Origin: a virus
Taxonomy: Duplodnaviria > Heunggongvirae > Uroviricota > Caudoviricetes
IMG/VR virus record: IMGVR_UViG_646564533_000012
Strand: one strand, 5' to 3'
Length of the DNA: 35,548 nt
This document shows, piece by piece, positions 8,537 to 17,868 of the stretch. How positions within the stretch are numbered: position 1 is the stretch's first letter; the number at the start of each line of letters is the position of its first letter. A program made the translations under genes and the position numbers. The notes under the pieces were generated by a model. It worked only from the letters and a program-made list of their open reading frames with translations. It had not been told where the DNA came from and did no database searches.

Positions 8537-9496
8537 ATGAAAATTTGTATCGACGACGGCTCCACCAACATCAAGCTGGCATGGACTGAGAACGGCGAAC
8601 GCCGCAACGCCATCAGCCCGAACAGCTTCAAGTCGGAATGGTCTGCGCCGTTCGGTGGCACGCAGCCCGCGAACTACATGCTTGATGGCGTGCGCTATGG
8701 TTTTGATCCGGTCAGCGATCGCTTTGTCCAGACGACCGACACGCAATACCAATACAGCGATGTGAATGTCATTGCCATTCATCACGCGCTGGTCAAATCA
8801 GGCATCACACCACAGGAGGTGGATGTGGTTGTCACCCTGCCACTGAGCGAGTATTTCGACACAAACGCACAGCCGGACATGGCCAACATCAACCGCAAAA
8901 AAGCGAACGTTATGCGCCCGGTGGAGTACCAGAACGGCGAAGCATTCACTATCCGTAACGTGCGGGTTATGCCTGAATCCATTCCGGCTGGCTTTAAGGC
9001 ACTGGCTGACATGAGTCCGTTTGAATCCCTGCTGATTGTGGATTTGGGCGGAACCACGCTGGATGTGGCAAAGGTTCAGGGGCAACTGGCAGGTATCAGC
9101 CAGGTGTTTTGCGATCCACACGTAGGCGTTTCTCTGATGGCCGATGCCGTACTGTCGGTGATGGCCACTAACGGTATGCGCACCAGTCACCACATCGCCA
9201 ATACCATTATCGAACATCGCCATGATGAAGCCTGGCTGCGCCAGCACATCCACAATGACGCGCATTACGACAGCCTGATGGCGGTTATTCGTGAAAAGGA
9301 AGAAACACTGAAACAACGAGTGATCCGCGCGCTGGCGGGTTTTTCGGGTTACGGGCGGGTGATGGTTGTCGGTGGCGGGGCGGAGATTGTGGCACCCGCT
9401 ATCCGCGAAGCCTGCGGAGTTAATGCGACTTTCATCGCGGACGGGGTGCCACAGTTTGCTCTGGTTAATGGGCTGTACGCAATGGACAAGGAGTAA
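8537..9496 (+). CDS. parM: ParM/StbA-like actin-type segregation ATPase
   Basis: N-terminus MKICIDDGSTNIKLAW matches the plasmid R1 ParM phosphate-1 motif; similarity continues (SPNSF, YSDVNV, HHAL, LIVDLGGTT); 319 aa. Confidence 0.88.
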   Translation: MKICIDDGSTNIKLAWTENGERRNAISPNSFKSEWSAPFGGTQPANYMLDGVRYGFDPVSDRFVQTTDTQYQYSDVNVIAIHHALVKSGITPQEVDVVVTLPLSEYFDTNAQPDMANINRKKANVMRPVEYQNGEAFTIRNVRVMPESIPAGFKALADMSPFESLLIVDLGGTTLDVAKVQGQLAGISQVFCDPHVGVSLMADAVLSVMATNGMRTSHHIANTIIEHRHDEAWLRQHIHNDAHYDSLMAVIREKEETLKQRVIRALAGFSGYGRVMVVGGGAEIVAPAIREACGVNATFIADGVPQFALVNGLYAMDKE

Positions 9497-9500
9497 ACCA

Positions 9501-9812
9501 ATGACGACACCAACCAGACGGATAAGTTTCTATCTGAAGCCCGCCGCCGTCAAGAACGAAGGCGAAGCATGCACCTGGCTGGACAGCCTTACACCAGAAG
9601 CCCGCAAAAGCGGCCAACGTGTGGCTTTTCTGGCCGGGCTGGCACTTCTGAAAATGAATCCGGCAGAGGCTTACCGACTGGCTGCATGGGCTGACGATGA
9701 GGCGTTATCAGTGACACAAACCAGGACAGAACGCCCCGCGTCACAGCCAGTACCAACCTCACAGATAACCAGTCGGATGGCCGGAAATATCAGGGCGTTA
9801 TTTCCCGAATAA
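9501..9812 (+). CDS. parR: ParR/StbB-like centromere-binding adaptor
   Basis: Track ORF trimmed to the Met behind AAGGAG (MTTPTRRISFYLKP...); ISFYLKP, WLDSL, AFLAGLAL and NIRALFPE align with R1 ParR; immediately downstream of parM. Confidence 0.78.
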   Translation: MTTPTRRISFYLKPAAVKNEGEACTWLDSLTPEARKSGQRVAFLAGLALLKMNPAEAYRLAAWADDEALSVTQTRTERPASQPVPTSQITSRMAGNIRALFPE

Positions 9813-9819
9813 CACAACA

Positions 9820-9845
9820 TCAGGGCGCATCCGCCCTGATGACTT
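9820..9845. promoter_or_regulatory. perfect 10-bp-arm inverted repeat (CATCAGGGCG-N4-CGCCCTGATG)
   Basis: Lies between parR and the next gene; operator or terminator hairpin; coordinates approx. Confidence 0.35.
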
Positions 9846-9875
9846 TAATCCGGGAACATAAACAAGGGGGACACA

Positions 9876-10208
9876 ATGCAACACATTGACAGAGAAAAAG
9901 CGCAGCGACTGATTGAGCGGATGGAAGCGCTGGCGAAAGAAGAAAATGTCAACATCCAAAAAATAGCTGAATGTGGCCAGATAGTTCTTCGTCGTGAAAA
10001 AGACCTCAAACAACTGATGTCTGGCGAAACCAGCAAAACATGGACTTCAGGCGAGGAGACGATTTATTGCAGCTTCTGCAATAAATCTCAGTACGAAGTC
10101 ACAAAGGTGATTGCCGGACCGTCTGTTTGCATCTGCAATGAGTGCGTGGATTTGTCCAATGAAATTATCAGGAGAGAAGTGACAGACAAAAAGGGAAAAA
10201 ACGCATGA
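9876..10208 (+). CDS. small protein with ClpX-type C4 zinc-finger (ZBD)-like C-terminal domain
   Basis: [39 protein letters not shown] nearly matches the ClpX N-terminal zinc-binding domain as I recall it; charged, helical N-terminal half. Confidence 0.78.
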   Translation: MQHIDREKAQRLIERMEALAKEENVNIQKIAECGQIVLRREKDLKQLMSGETSKTWTSGEETIYCSFCNKSQYEVTKVIAGPSVCICNECVDLSNEIIRREVTDKKGKNA

Positions 10209-10543
10209 ACAGAAAACAAAAACAAGAGTTGAAATACTTTTTACGTAAAGAAATTGCCAGGCTTGAAGATGCAGAATCACAATCATCAGAAATTCCGTTC
10301 GGAATGGATATCAACGACGCCCGTATGCTCCAGGCATACCGCATAGCTCAGGCTGCACTACAGGCAAAACCGTCAGATGGACTGGTTAGAGCAGTACGAT
10401 TCTATGAACTGGTAAAGCGTGAGAATCCGCCAGCCGAAACCGGAGCATGGAAAGACGCTGTTGACTGGGTACTCAAAGAGGCTTGTCAGGTTGTAAACAC
10501 TGGCATCAAAGGAGACCTAGCCCAGCCTGCATCAAAGCTATAG
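10205..10543 (+). CDS. hypothetical protein coupled to the ZBD gene
   Basis: 112-aa ORF with ATGA overlap to the upstream gene. Confidence 0.5.
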   Translation: MNRKQKQELKYFLRKEIARLEDAESQSSEIPFGMDINDARMLQAYRIAQAALQAKPSDGLVRAVRFYELVKRENPPAETGAWKDAVDWVLKEACQVVNTGIKGDLAQPASKL

Positions 10544-10552
10544 AAATGAGCC

Positions 10553-10580
10553 AAAACGCCCTCTTCCAGGGCGTTTATTT
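10553..10580 (+). terminator. rho-independent terminator of the accessory operon
   Basis: AAACGCCCT-CTTCC-AGGGCGTTT hairpin followed by a T-rich run. Confidence 0.5.
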
Positions 10581-10583
10581 CAA

Positions 10584-11034
10584 TGCACAATAGTGCACAA
10601 ATTTGCACAATTTTTTTGAACGACTTTTTGCCCTTCCGGCCCGCGTGGCGGCTGGATCCGTCAAGGATCCGTGCGTGCACAAAAAAACGCGCTTTTTCTG
10701 CGCGCAGGTGACGGGGGAACAGCCCGCGTTTCAGGGGGTAAATAGCATCCCCTGAACGATGTCGCAGCAACACAACAGAATGGCTGTATTTCTCACGCTG
10801 AGCGTGAAAAAAACGTGAGGGCTTTTGATTTGATGGGGTGAAAGGTAAGGCCGTCAAAATCGCACTGAGGCGGCGAGAACATGCAGTTAACGCGGTGGGA
10901 TTGCGTAAGAGTCTGACCGTCGATGATGGCAATAAGCAGGAAAGCGTCGTGAAATTATCTGACTGATACAGGAGCTGGAGAGTCGGGGCATAAATTTTTT
11001 ATGCCCCGGCGAAGCAGCAGACAAGCGAAGCGCG
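10584..11034. other. putative cos / packaging-recognition region
   Basis: About 450-bp non-coding gap in the position of P2 cos, upstream of Q; TGCACAA x3 at 10-bp phasing (10584, 10594, 10604) plus a fourth copy near 10676; GC-rich GCGTGGCGG and GAGGCGGCG segments resemble 186/P2 cohesive ends; exact cos not assignable. Confidence 0.35.
10984..11009. terminator. strong hairpin just downstream of Q
   Basis: GGGGCATAAA-TTT-TTTATGCCCC, about 25 bp past the Q stop; coordinates approx. Confidence 0.3.
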
Positions 11035-12081
11035 TCAGGATGTGGGCTGGGTGTCCAGCAGTGCATAAGGGTTAAAGCGGATCACCTCTTCGCCAAGCCA
11101 GTCATTGATGTGCTTCATGGCCTCCATGACGGGCATCAGCTCGTTAATTGCGTAAACCCGCGCGGCCTTCTCCACATCACCAAACGCACTTTTTTCACCC
11201 GGCATCGCCCCCATCAGTTGCGGCGGGACACGGTGCGCAGCCAGCACATCATCACGGGATGCCGCCTTAACATTCATGAACTCATCCTTTGCGGTGATCT
11301 GCTGGAACGGCAAAATTTGCACCCCCTCTTTGCCCCCGTTGGGCGCATGAATGAGCACGTTTTTAAACGCACCACCACCACGTGCACCCTGTAACGTTTC
11401 TTTCAGGGAGTCCATGCTTTCGCGGTTTACCTGCGCTGCACCGATGTAGATGATGCACCCGGCGTGGGATCCGTTGTCGTAATACAGTTTTCTGAACATG
11501 TCCGCCGAATGAGACAGGCTGGCCGAGAGTAATGCGCCGAGATATTCCGGCATGCCGTAAATTTCCTGGTTAATGTCCGGATTCATCAGGTGGCACACTT
11601 TGCCAGGGCGAAACTGGAACGCGTCCTTGCCATCCTGCACATACCACCATGATTCAAGATCGCTTCCGCGTCGCATGTATTTCGCCAGTGCGTGCCGTAA
11701 TTTAAGCGGTTCGCAGAGCATATTGCTTCGAAGCTCAAGGAATGCGTTACCGAACACAAACCAGTCCAGCGCCAGCGCCGAGAAATCCTGCCGGGAAAGC
11801 AGCGGGTGCGGAATATAGCAACCGAGCAATACATTCCGCTTAAAGTAAAGCGCAGACTGATGCCAGGACGTTTGCCGGGCAGCTCTTGCCAGACCGTACC
11901 AGTCCACCGGGGTTTCATACCACCGCCCGTTATCAGCACAGTACATATTGTCCAGCAGGTCATGCCCGGTCAGGCGATAAGGACCATCAAATGTGAATGC
12001 ACTGAGCGATGATTCTTTCCTGAGCGCATCAGCGAGATCAATGCGTGAACTCATGCGCACTTTTTTATTTTTTCTGCTCAT
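11035..12081 (-). CDS. Q: portal protein Q
   Basis: 348 aa, position and size match P2 gpQ; stop/start overlap with P. Confidence 0.9.
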   Translation of the reverse strand: MSRKNKKVRMSSRIDLADALRKESSLSAFTFDGPYRLTGHDLLDNMYCADNGRWYETPVDWYGLARAARQTSWHQSALYFKRNVLLGCYIPHPLLSRQDFSALALDWFVFGNAFLELRSNMLCEPLKLRHALAKYMRRGSDLESWWYVQDGKDAFQFRPGKVCHLMNPDINQEIYGMPEYLGALLSASLSHSADMFRKLYYDNGSHAGCIIYIGAAQVNRESMDSLKETLQGARGGGAFKNVLIHAPNGGKEGVQILPFQQITAKDEFMNVKAASRDDVLAAHRVPPQLMGAMPGEKSAFGDVEKAARVYAINELMPVMEAMKHINDWLGEEVIRFNPYALLDTQPTS

Positions 12082-13832
12082 CAGAACTCCATAACCGTGA
12101 AACGCTCGTTTTCTCCTTCGCCGCCAATCGGTTCGTTAATGACAGCAAGCATGGTTGCCCACGCAAGGTCGCCGTGGCTGATCCCCCTCGCTCGGTCCGT
12201 TTCGTAAGTGATAAAGCCGCCCGGTGTTTTCACCTTACGCACGGCGTTAAAGGCCGCGACCAGCTCACGTTCGGCGCGATCGTATTCCCACCGCCCGGCA
12301 CGCATTATTTGCAGCATTTTCAGTACCAGCGACCGTTTTGATGACAGCGTGAAGGTGTACGGAATAGCAGCAGGGAAAAACCGCTTCACTATCTGATAAA
12401 CAGCCTCCCCGTTCCCGCCCGTCACATCAATGCCGATGTGTTCCACGTTGTAGCGATACGTGAACTCTTCAATGACTCTGGCCTGTTCTTCAAACTCCAG
12501 CCCCTGAACGCGTCGCGTCTCCACCGTTCGAAAACGGCCACCAGGAACAGCCGGAGGAACCACCACGGACACAGCGCCGCTGTCGCCGTTGCCACTACTG
12601 CCGTTTGCGTCATACCCAATCCATACCGGACGATTCCCCATCGGTCGGGGAGCAAAAGGTTTCCAGTCTTTCCAGTCGTCGTATCCGTCAACACCGCAGC
12701 CAATCAGGATATTCAGGTTAAATGCCGATTCCCCTTCGCGGACAAACTCACACATATAGAGATTGAGGAACTCGTCTTCGGTGTTTTCATCACGAATTTC
12801 GTCGATATCGGTGTGTTTCCAGCCATGATTAACCACATCTTCCAGCGTGACAATTTGCCGCCACGTCCGGTCAGGGCAGATAAGCCCGTTATGCAGCGTT
12901 TTCCAGTCCACAGAAAAACGCTGGCGTTTATGCGAGGCCTTTTTCTCGTTCCAGCGGTCGCCGTTCCAGTAGGCGTATGCCTCGTGCGTTTCGGTGGATG
13001 GCGTGGAGAAGTAGGTGCGCCGCAGTCCGCTGAGGGTTGCCATAGCGCCAGCCACCTTGCGCAGTTCAGCAAAGCGACTGACCCAGAAAAATTCATCAAA
13101 ATAAAAATTGCCCGTATAGGACTGTGCCGACGCAGCAGAAGTGCCGAGAAAATGCAGCTCTGCGCCGTTTGAGAGGATGATTTTATCGCCCCCTTTCAGC
13201 TCCACATCAACTTCAGCCGCGGCCTTCTGAATAATGCTTTTAAACTGGAACGCCTGACGACGCGACGCAGACAAAAAAATCTGGTTACGCTGGTAAGGTT
13301 GCGCCACATCGTCACGCAGCGCCATCAGCAGTGCTTCCTGTGCAAAATACCAGGTCGCCCCAATCTGTCGGGATTTCAGGATCATCCTGTTACGTATCCC
13401 GGCTTCCCTGCAAAGGGTCAGGGAGTCAAACCAGCCCCGCTGATGCCACTCCAGCCTGCTGATGATTTTTTCCCGCAGTGCGGCAATCTGTTCCGGCGTG
13501 AAATGATTTTTGAGCTTTTTCGCCCGGCCTTTCTTTCCTGTGGCCGTCGCATCCGGCTGGCCATCATGCAGTTTTTTAAGCTGCCGTGTCAGCAGGTCTA
13601 TTTCCTTGAAGTCACCACCTGTTTTATTCTGTTTTTCAGTAAGCTGGATGAGGCGCGCATCGATGGACTGCGTGACACGCTGCACGGGTGGCGTTTCATC
13701 CCACTGGTCGCGTTTTTTCCACGCATAAATCGTGTTCGGGTTTATTCCCATCAGACGTGATATTTCTGCGGGCGGATAACCCTGCCAGTAAAGTTGCCGC
13801 GCACGCTGGCGCACAAAAGCGTCCTGAATCAT
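12081..13832 (-). CDS. P: terminase large (ATPase) subunit P
   Basis: 583 aa, leftward with Q and divergent from O, as in P2. Confidence 0.9.
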   Translation of the reverse strand: MIQDAFVRQRARQLYWQGYPPAEISRLMGINPNTIYAWKKRDQWDETPPVQRVTQSIDARLIQLTEKQNKTGGDFKEIDLLTRQLKKLHDGQPDATATGKKGRAKKLKNHFTPEQIAALREKIISRLEWHQRGWFDSLTLCREAGIRNRMILKSRQIGATWYFAQEALLMALRDDVAQPYQRNQIFLSASRRQAFQFKSIIQKAAAEVDVELKGGDKIILSNGAELHFLGTSAASAQSYTGNFYFDEFFWVSRFAELRKVAGAMATLSGLRRTYFSTPSTETHEAYAYWNGDRWNEKKASHKRQRFSVDWKTLHNGLICPDRTWRQIVTLEDVVNHGWKHTDIDEIRDENTEDEFLNLYMCEFVREGESAFNLNILIGCGVDGYDDWKDWKPFAPRPMGNRPVWIGYDANGSSGNGDSGAVSVVVPPAVPGGRFRTVETRRVQGLEFEEQARVIEEFTYRYNVEHIGIDVTGGNGEAVYQIVKRFFPAAIPYTFTLSSKRSLVLKMLQIMRAGRWEYDRAERELVAAFNAVRKVKTPGGFITYETDRARGISHGDLAWATMLAVINEPIGGEGENERFTVMEF

Positions 13833-13986
13833 TGCTCCCCCTGAGTAATTACAGGAAGATTACCCGCGCGCGAAACTGTTCTCCTTAACCCCCTGTTCTG
13901 GCCGTTTTCTTACAACAAAAGCCCTTTGTATCAGCCTGTTACGCTTTGCCATCATGACTGAAGAACCAGTCAGAGGGGCAAAAACT
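13833..13986. promoter_or_regulatory. divergent late promoter region (P and O operons)
   Basis: Intergenic between divergent P and O; several TGT...ACA dyads, but no clean TGT-N12-ACA Ogr box identified. Confidence 0.35.
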
Positions 13987-14823
13987 ATGGCTAATGAAAA
14001 AAAGACATCCCGCAAAAAGTTTCGCGTGGCTGTCTCCGGATCAACTGTTGATGGCCGTGAAATCAGTCCGGTGCATCTGCGTGAAGCCGCCGAGAACTTC
14101 AACCCGGATGTTTACGCTGCCCGCGTGAACGTTGAGCACTATCTCTCGCCATGCCCGTCAAGCGAATTTTCCGCAATGGGCGATGTCACCGCACTGAGTA
14201 CGGAAGACATTACGGAAGGTCCGCTGGCCGGACGTACTGCGCTGTATGCAGAAATCGAACCGACCGAGCGCATGAAGCAGCTTGTCGCGGACGGCAAGAA
14301 AATCTATTCCAGTATCGAACTGCACCCGCAGTTCTCCGTTAACGGGCGCGCCTATCTGGTCGGGCTGGCGATGACCGACACCCCGGCAAGCCTGGGCACT
14401 GAGCGCCTGAAATTCACGGCACAGCAACGTCAGGCGGTAATGACGTTCAACAGTGTCCAGGGTGAAGCGCCGCTTATCTCCGAAGCCATCGAGTCTGAAA
14501 TCATCGAAATGGCAGAACAACGCCAGGAAGAAGGCACCCAGTGGTTTAACCGCGTAATGGGGATTATTGGCCGTGGCCGCAAAGCGGATGACGCCAGTTT
14601 TTCCCGTATTCAGGAAGCGGTGGAAGGCGTCGCAACGTCACAGGCCGACATTATCGACCGTTTTAATGTGCTGGAAACCCGCCATCAGCAGGACCGCCAG
14701 AAAATCACGTCACTGACCACAGAGCTGACAGCACTGAAGGAAAAACTGCGCACGCAGGACGGCGATCCGCAGAACCGGTTCACCGCAACGGGCGCAGCCT
14801 CCGACCAGCTGGCTGACTTCTGA
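13987..14823 (+). CDS. O: capsid scaffolding protein O
   Basis: Track ORF 13954..14823 trimmed to MANEKK; FRVAVSG...DGR..S and YLVGLAMTDTPASLGTE align with P2 gpO. Confidence 0.88.
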   Translation: MANEKKTSRKKFRVAVSGSTVDGREISPVHLREAAENFNPDVYAARVNVEHYLSPCPSSEFSAMGDVTALSTEDITEGPLAGRTALYAEIEPTERMKQLVADGKKIYSSIELHPQFSVNGRAYLVGLAMTDTPASLGTERLKFTAQQRQAVMTFNSVQGEAPLISEAIESEIIEMAEQRQEEGTQWFNRVMGIIGRGRKADDASFSRIQEAVEGVATSQADIIDRFNVLETRHQQDRQKITSLTTELTALKEKLRTQDGDPQNRFTATGAASDQLADF

Positions 14824-14846
14824 TAAGACAAAGGAGCAAATTTTTT

Positions 14847-15899
14847 ATGAATCTGGTGATGTCAGATATTACCCGCAACAAGCTGGGTTGCTATATGGCG
14901 CAGCAGGCGTCGCTTAATAATATCCCGGTTTCTGCGCTGGTATCGCGATTTACCGTAGAACCCTCGGTGCAGCAGCGTTTTGAAAACGCCTCAAAGGAAA
15001 GCACCGAATTTACAAAAAGAATTAACGTGATCGGCGTGACCGACCAGAAAGGCGAAAAAATCCTCCTGGATACCACAGGACCGATTGCGCGCACGAATAC
15101 CAGTTATGACGGCACAAAACGCCGTAACCCGAATAACGTGGTTGATCTGAAAAACCGCAAATACCAGTGCGAACAGGTGAACTACGACACGTTTATTTCA
15201 TATCCGCAGCTTGATGCCTGGGCGGCACATCCTGATTTTCAGTCCCGCATCAGCGCACAGATTGCCCGACAGGTGGCGCTTGACCGCATCATGATCGGTT
15301 TCAACGGCACGTCTCACGCGGATGAGTCCAACTTCAGCACCAACAAGCTGCTTCAGGACGTTAACGTGGGGTGGCTGGAGCACATCAGAACCGACGCCAG
15401 CGAACGCGTTATGAATGACGTGACGCTGACCTCCCGTAACATGGACAACACCGTGGCGCACGCGGGTAAGTATGCGAACGCTGATGCACTGGTACAGGAC
15501 GCGCGCTCATCCCTGCTGGATGAATGGCACAAGGAAGCTGACGACCTCGTGGTGATTATGGGGCGCAACCTGTTTAACTCGCTGCGTCTGCCCGTGTTGA
15601 ACAGCATCAGCGGCCAGAATCCCAATGCGGAATTACTCGCCGGGCAGCTCATCCTGTCATCGCGCACCATTGGCGGGCTGGGCGTGTTCCTTGCGCCGTT
15701 CTTCCCGGATGCAACGATGCTGATCACCTCGTTCAACAACCTGTCGATTTACTGGCAGAAAGGTTCAATGCGTCGCCTGATGAAAGACGAGCCGGAATAC
15801 AACCGCATCGCCACCTACCAGTCCATCAATGACGCTTATGTCGTTGAAGACTATGGCAAGTGCGCGATGGTCACTGGCCTGAAGTTCGCCGACAGCTAA
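14847..15899 (+). CDS. N: major capsid protein N
   Basis: 350 aa; FTVEPSVQQ, GFNGTS and VVEDYG motifs shared with P2 gpN. Confidence 0.92.
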   Translation: MNLVMSDITRNKLGCYMAQQASLNNIPVSALVSRFTVEPSVQQRFENASKESTEFTKRINVIGVTDQKGEKILLDTTGPIARTNTSYDGTKRRNPNNVVDLKNRKYQCEQVNYDTFISYPQLDAWAAHPDFQSRISAQIARQVALDRIMIGFNGTSHADESNFSTNKLLQDVNVGWLEHIRTDASERVMNDVTLTSRNMDNTVAHAGKYANADALVQDARSSLLDEWHKEADDLVVIMGRNLFNSLRLPVLNSISGQNPNAELLAGQLILSSRTIGGLGVFLAPFFPDATMLITSFNNLSIYWQKGSMRRLMKDEPEYNRIATYQSINDAYVVEDYGKCAMVTGLKFADS

Positions 15900-15944
15900 T
15901 CAACTCACGGCGGGCATCATGCCCGCCAGTAACGGAGAGAACAA

Positions 15945-16745
15945 ATGATTACTCCTGCACAGCAACACTGGCAGAACGTGATGGCACAGCGCGCAGGCCG
16001 GGCGAATGAAGGCGTGGACCACGCCGCGCGTACCGCGCATGAAGAGGTGCTGTATCGTCTGCGTCTGGCACAGGCCCGGCTTAAGGGCGTACAGGCCAGA
16101 AGCGCGAAAGCCGCCATCAAAAAAGAGTTGTTGCCGGATTTTTCCGGCTGGATTGAGGGAACGCTGGAGGCTGACGGCGGGCAGCAGGATGAAGTGATTG
16201 CCACGCTGATGGTGTGGGCGATTGACTGCGGCGATCTTCCGCTGGCGTTGCGTATTGGTGCGTATGTGGTCCGTCATAACCTCATTATGCCGGATAACTT
16301 TGGCCGTACTGCTGCCACAGTGCTGACCGAAGAAATCTGCAACCCGGTACTGACGCAGGCCGGGGCGGATGCCGACGCGGATTTGTCCGCCTTTATCGAA
16401 CCACTGGACACCCTCCGGAAGATTGTCACCGACCAGGACATGCCGGACGAAGTACGCGCCAAATTATGCAAGGCGTGCGCCTTTGCCCGTCGTGGTCTAA
16501 CCGATGCAGACAACATGGCCTTATCACTGAAGCTGCTGCGCGAAGCGATGCACCTGAACCCGAACGCAGGTGTGAAACGCGAGATTGCAACCCTTTCCCG
16601 CGCCCTGAAAAAAGCCGATTCCGCAGCCGAACCAGAAGACGCCAGCGCACAGCAGGCGCAGGACGAAAGCAGCAAAAGTAAAAAGACAACGCGGAAGCCT
16701 GCAACACGAAAAACCACCGCGACGCAGAAGGCGAAGCGCGGTTAA
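15945..16745 (+). CDS. M: terminase small (endonuclease) subunit M
   Basis: 266 aa; ITPAQQHW N-terminus and DMPDEVRAKL motif as in P2 gpM; basic C-terminal tail. Confidence 0.88.
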   Translation: MITPAQQHWQNVMAQRAGRANEGVDHAARTAHEEVLYRLRLAQARLKGVQARSAKAAIKKELLPDFSGWIEGTLEADGGQQDEVIATLMVWAIDCGDLPLALRIGAYVVRHNLIMPDNFGRTAATVLTEEICNPVLTQAGADADADLSAFIEPLDTLRKIVTDQDMPDEVRAKLCKACAFARRGLTDADNMALSLKLLREAMHLNPNAGVKREIATLSRALKKADSAAEPEDASAQQAQDESSKSKKTTRKPATRKTTATQKAKRG

Positions 16746-16847
16746 CGACTGACCCCGTCAGCGGGCGGCGTGCGCGGTGTTCCGGTTTGACTCCGTGACC
16801 GTTTACACCGCGCACCCACCGCCCGATTTTTTTCAGGAGTGAACCCC

Positions 16848-17342
16848 ATGAGTATGGTTGCCAGAACTGAACCCAGACCCGCAGAGGACGACATCACCGA
16901 TACCGATGATGGCGATACCCGCATTTCAGCGGGTGCATTCTGGCCGGATATTGTGCTGCGCGAGCTGCGTCTGGCGGTACGACTGCCGGGCCGCGTGACC
17001 ACCTCCCGCCTGCTGCATACTGCCACCGGGGCTGTGGCACACGTTACCCGCGAGCTGGAAGCATGGCAGCAGGAACAGCAGGCAGCTGGCCATCAGACGC
17101 TGGCCGATGTTCCGGCACCCGTAATTAACGGAGAAAGCGTCAATATCTGGCACTGGCGCAATGCTGTTTATACCGCCACGCGCGCCCTGATTCTGGAGCG
17201 TTATCGTGATGCAGACACAACGGACAAGGGCGACCGCCGGGCGGACGCTCTGGATATACAGACATCGGATTTGTGGCGTGATGTGAGCTGGGCCATCTCT
17301 GACATTCTGTGCCGCCCGCGAATCTTTGCGGAGTTGTGCTGA
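16848..17342 (+). CDS. L: capsid completion protein L
   Basis: Track ORF trimmed to the ATG behind CAGGAG; ERYRD and WAISDI..PR.F.EL align with P2 gpL. Confidence 0.88.
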   Translation: MSMVARTEPRPAEDDITDTDDGDTRISAGAFWPDIVLRELRLAVRLPGRVTTSRLLHTATGAVAHVTRELEAWQQEQQAAGHQTLADVPAPVINGESVNIWHWRNAVYTATRALILERYRDADTTDKGDRRADALDIQTSDLWRDVSWAISDILCRPRIFAELC

Positions 17343-17542
17343 TGAAAGTGAAGGCACTGGAAGGCGACACCGTGGATTCGCTCTGTTTCCGGTACTACGG
17401 CACGACGCAGGGCGTCACCGAAAAGGTGCTGGATGCCAACCCCGGACTCTGTCAGCAGGTATTTCTGGACGCCGGGCAGGAAGTTGAGATGCCGGAGCCG
17501 GAGAAGAAGAAACGAGAAATGATTCAGTTGTGGGGGAAGTAG
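17342..17542 (+). CDS. X: tail protein X
   Basis: 66 aa MKVKALEGDTVDSLCFRYYGTTQGV...ANPGL matches P2 gpX; ATGA overlap with L. Confidence 0.85.
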   Translation: MKVKALEGDTVDSLCFRYYGTTQGVTEKVLDANPGLCQQVFLDAGQEVEMPEPEKKKREMIQLWGK

Positions 17543-17544
17543 CA

Positions 17545-17868
17545 GTGAGCACCATTCAAACAGGGATCACAGAGCAGGTTATTGCGTGGCTCTTTGACCA
17601 CCTGCCAACGGTGTATGCAGTAGGCGCGGCGGTCAGTATTTCCGCGCTGATGAGTCTTTATGACGGACGAACACTGGTTCAGACCGTAACGGGATCGCTG
17701 GCGTGCGGCGTTCTTGCCATGGCCGTGGCCGGGTCGTTGCGCTTCTTCGGGTTTTCTGAAGATGCCGTGACGTTTATCGGCGCATCAATCGGTTTTATGG
17801 GTGCAGAGAAAGCACGCGACAAGGTTATTGCGGCCTTTAATCGCAGGGTGAAGGAGAAGGACGAATGA
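17545..17868 (+). CDS. Y: putative holin
   Basis: GTG start behind GGGGGAAG; about 107 aa with hydrophobic helices; sits in the P2 gene Y position before the endolysin. Confidence 0.55.
   Translation: MSTIQTGITEQVIAWLFDHLPTVYAVGAAVSISALMSLYDGRTLVQTVTGSLACGVLAMAVAGSLRFFGFSEDAVTFIGASIGFMGAEKARDKVIAAFNRRVKEKDE

Noticed and set aside
10486-10932. 148-aa minus-strand ORF in the cos region
   Set aside because: Overlaps the terminator and the 3' end of the upstream gene, lies in repeat-rich non-coding DNA, no start signals.
12438-13172. 244-aa plus-strand ORF antisense to terminase P
   Set aside because: Entirely inside the P coding region on the opposite strand; P is strongly supported by size and synteny.
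13833-13986. Canonical Ogr-dependent late promoter box (TGT-N12-ACA)
   Set aside because: Several TGT and ACA dyads are present but none with clean 12-bp spacing by eye; the region is annotated only as a divergent promoter gap.
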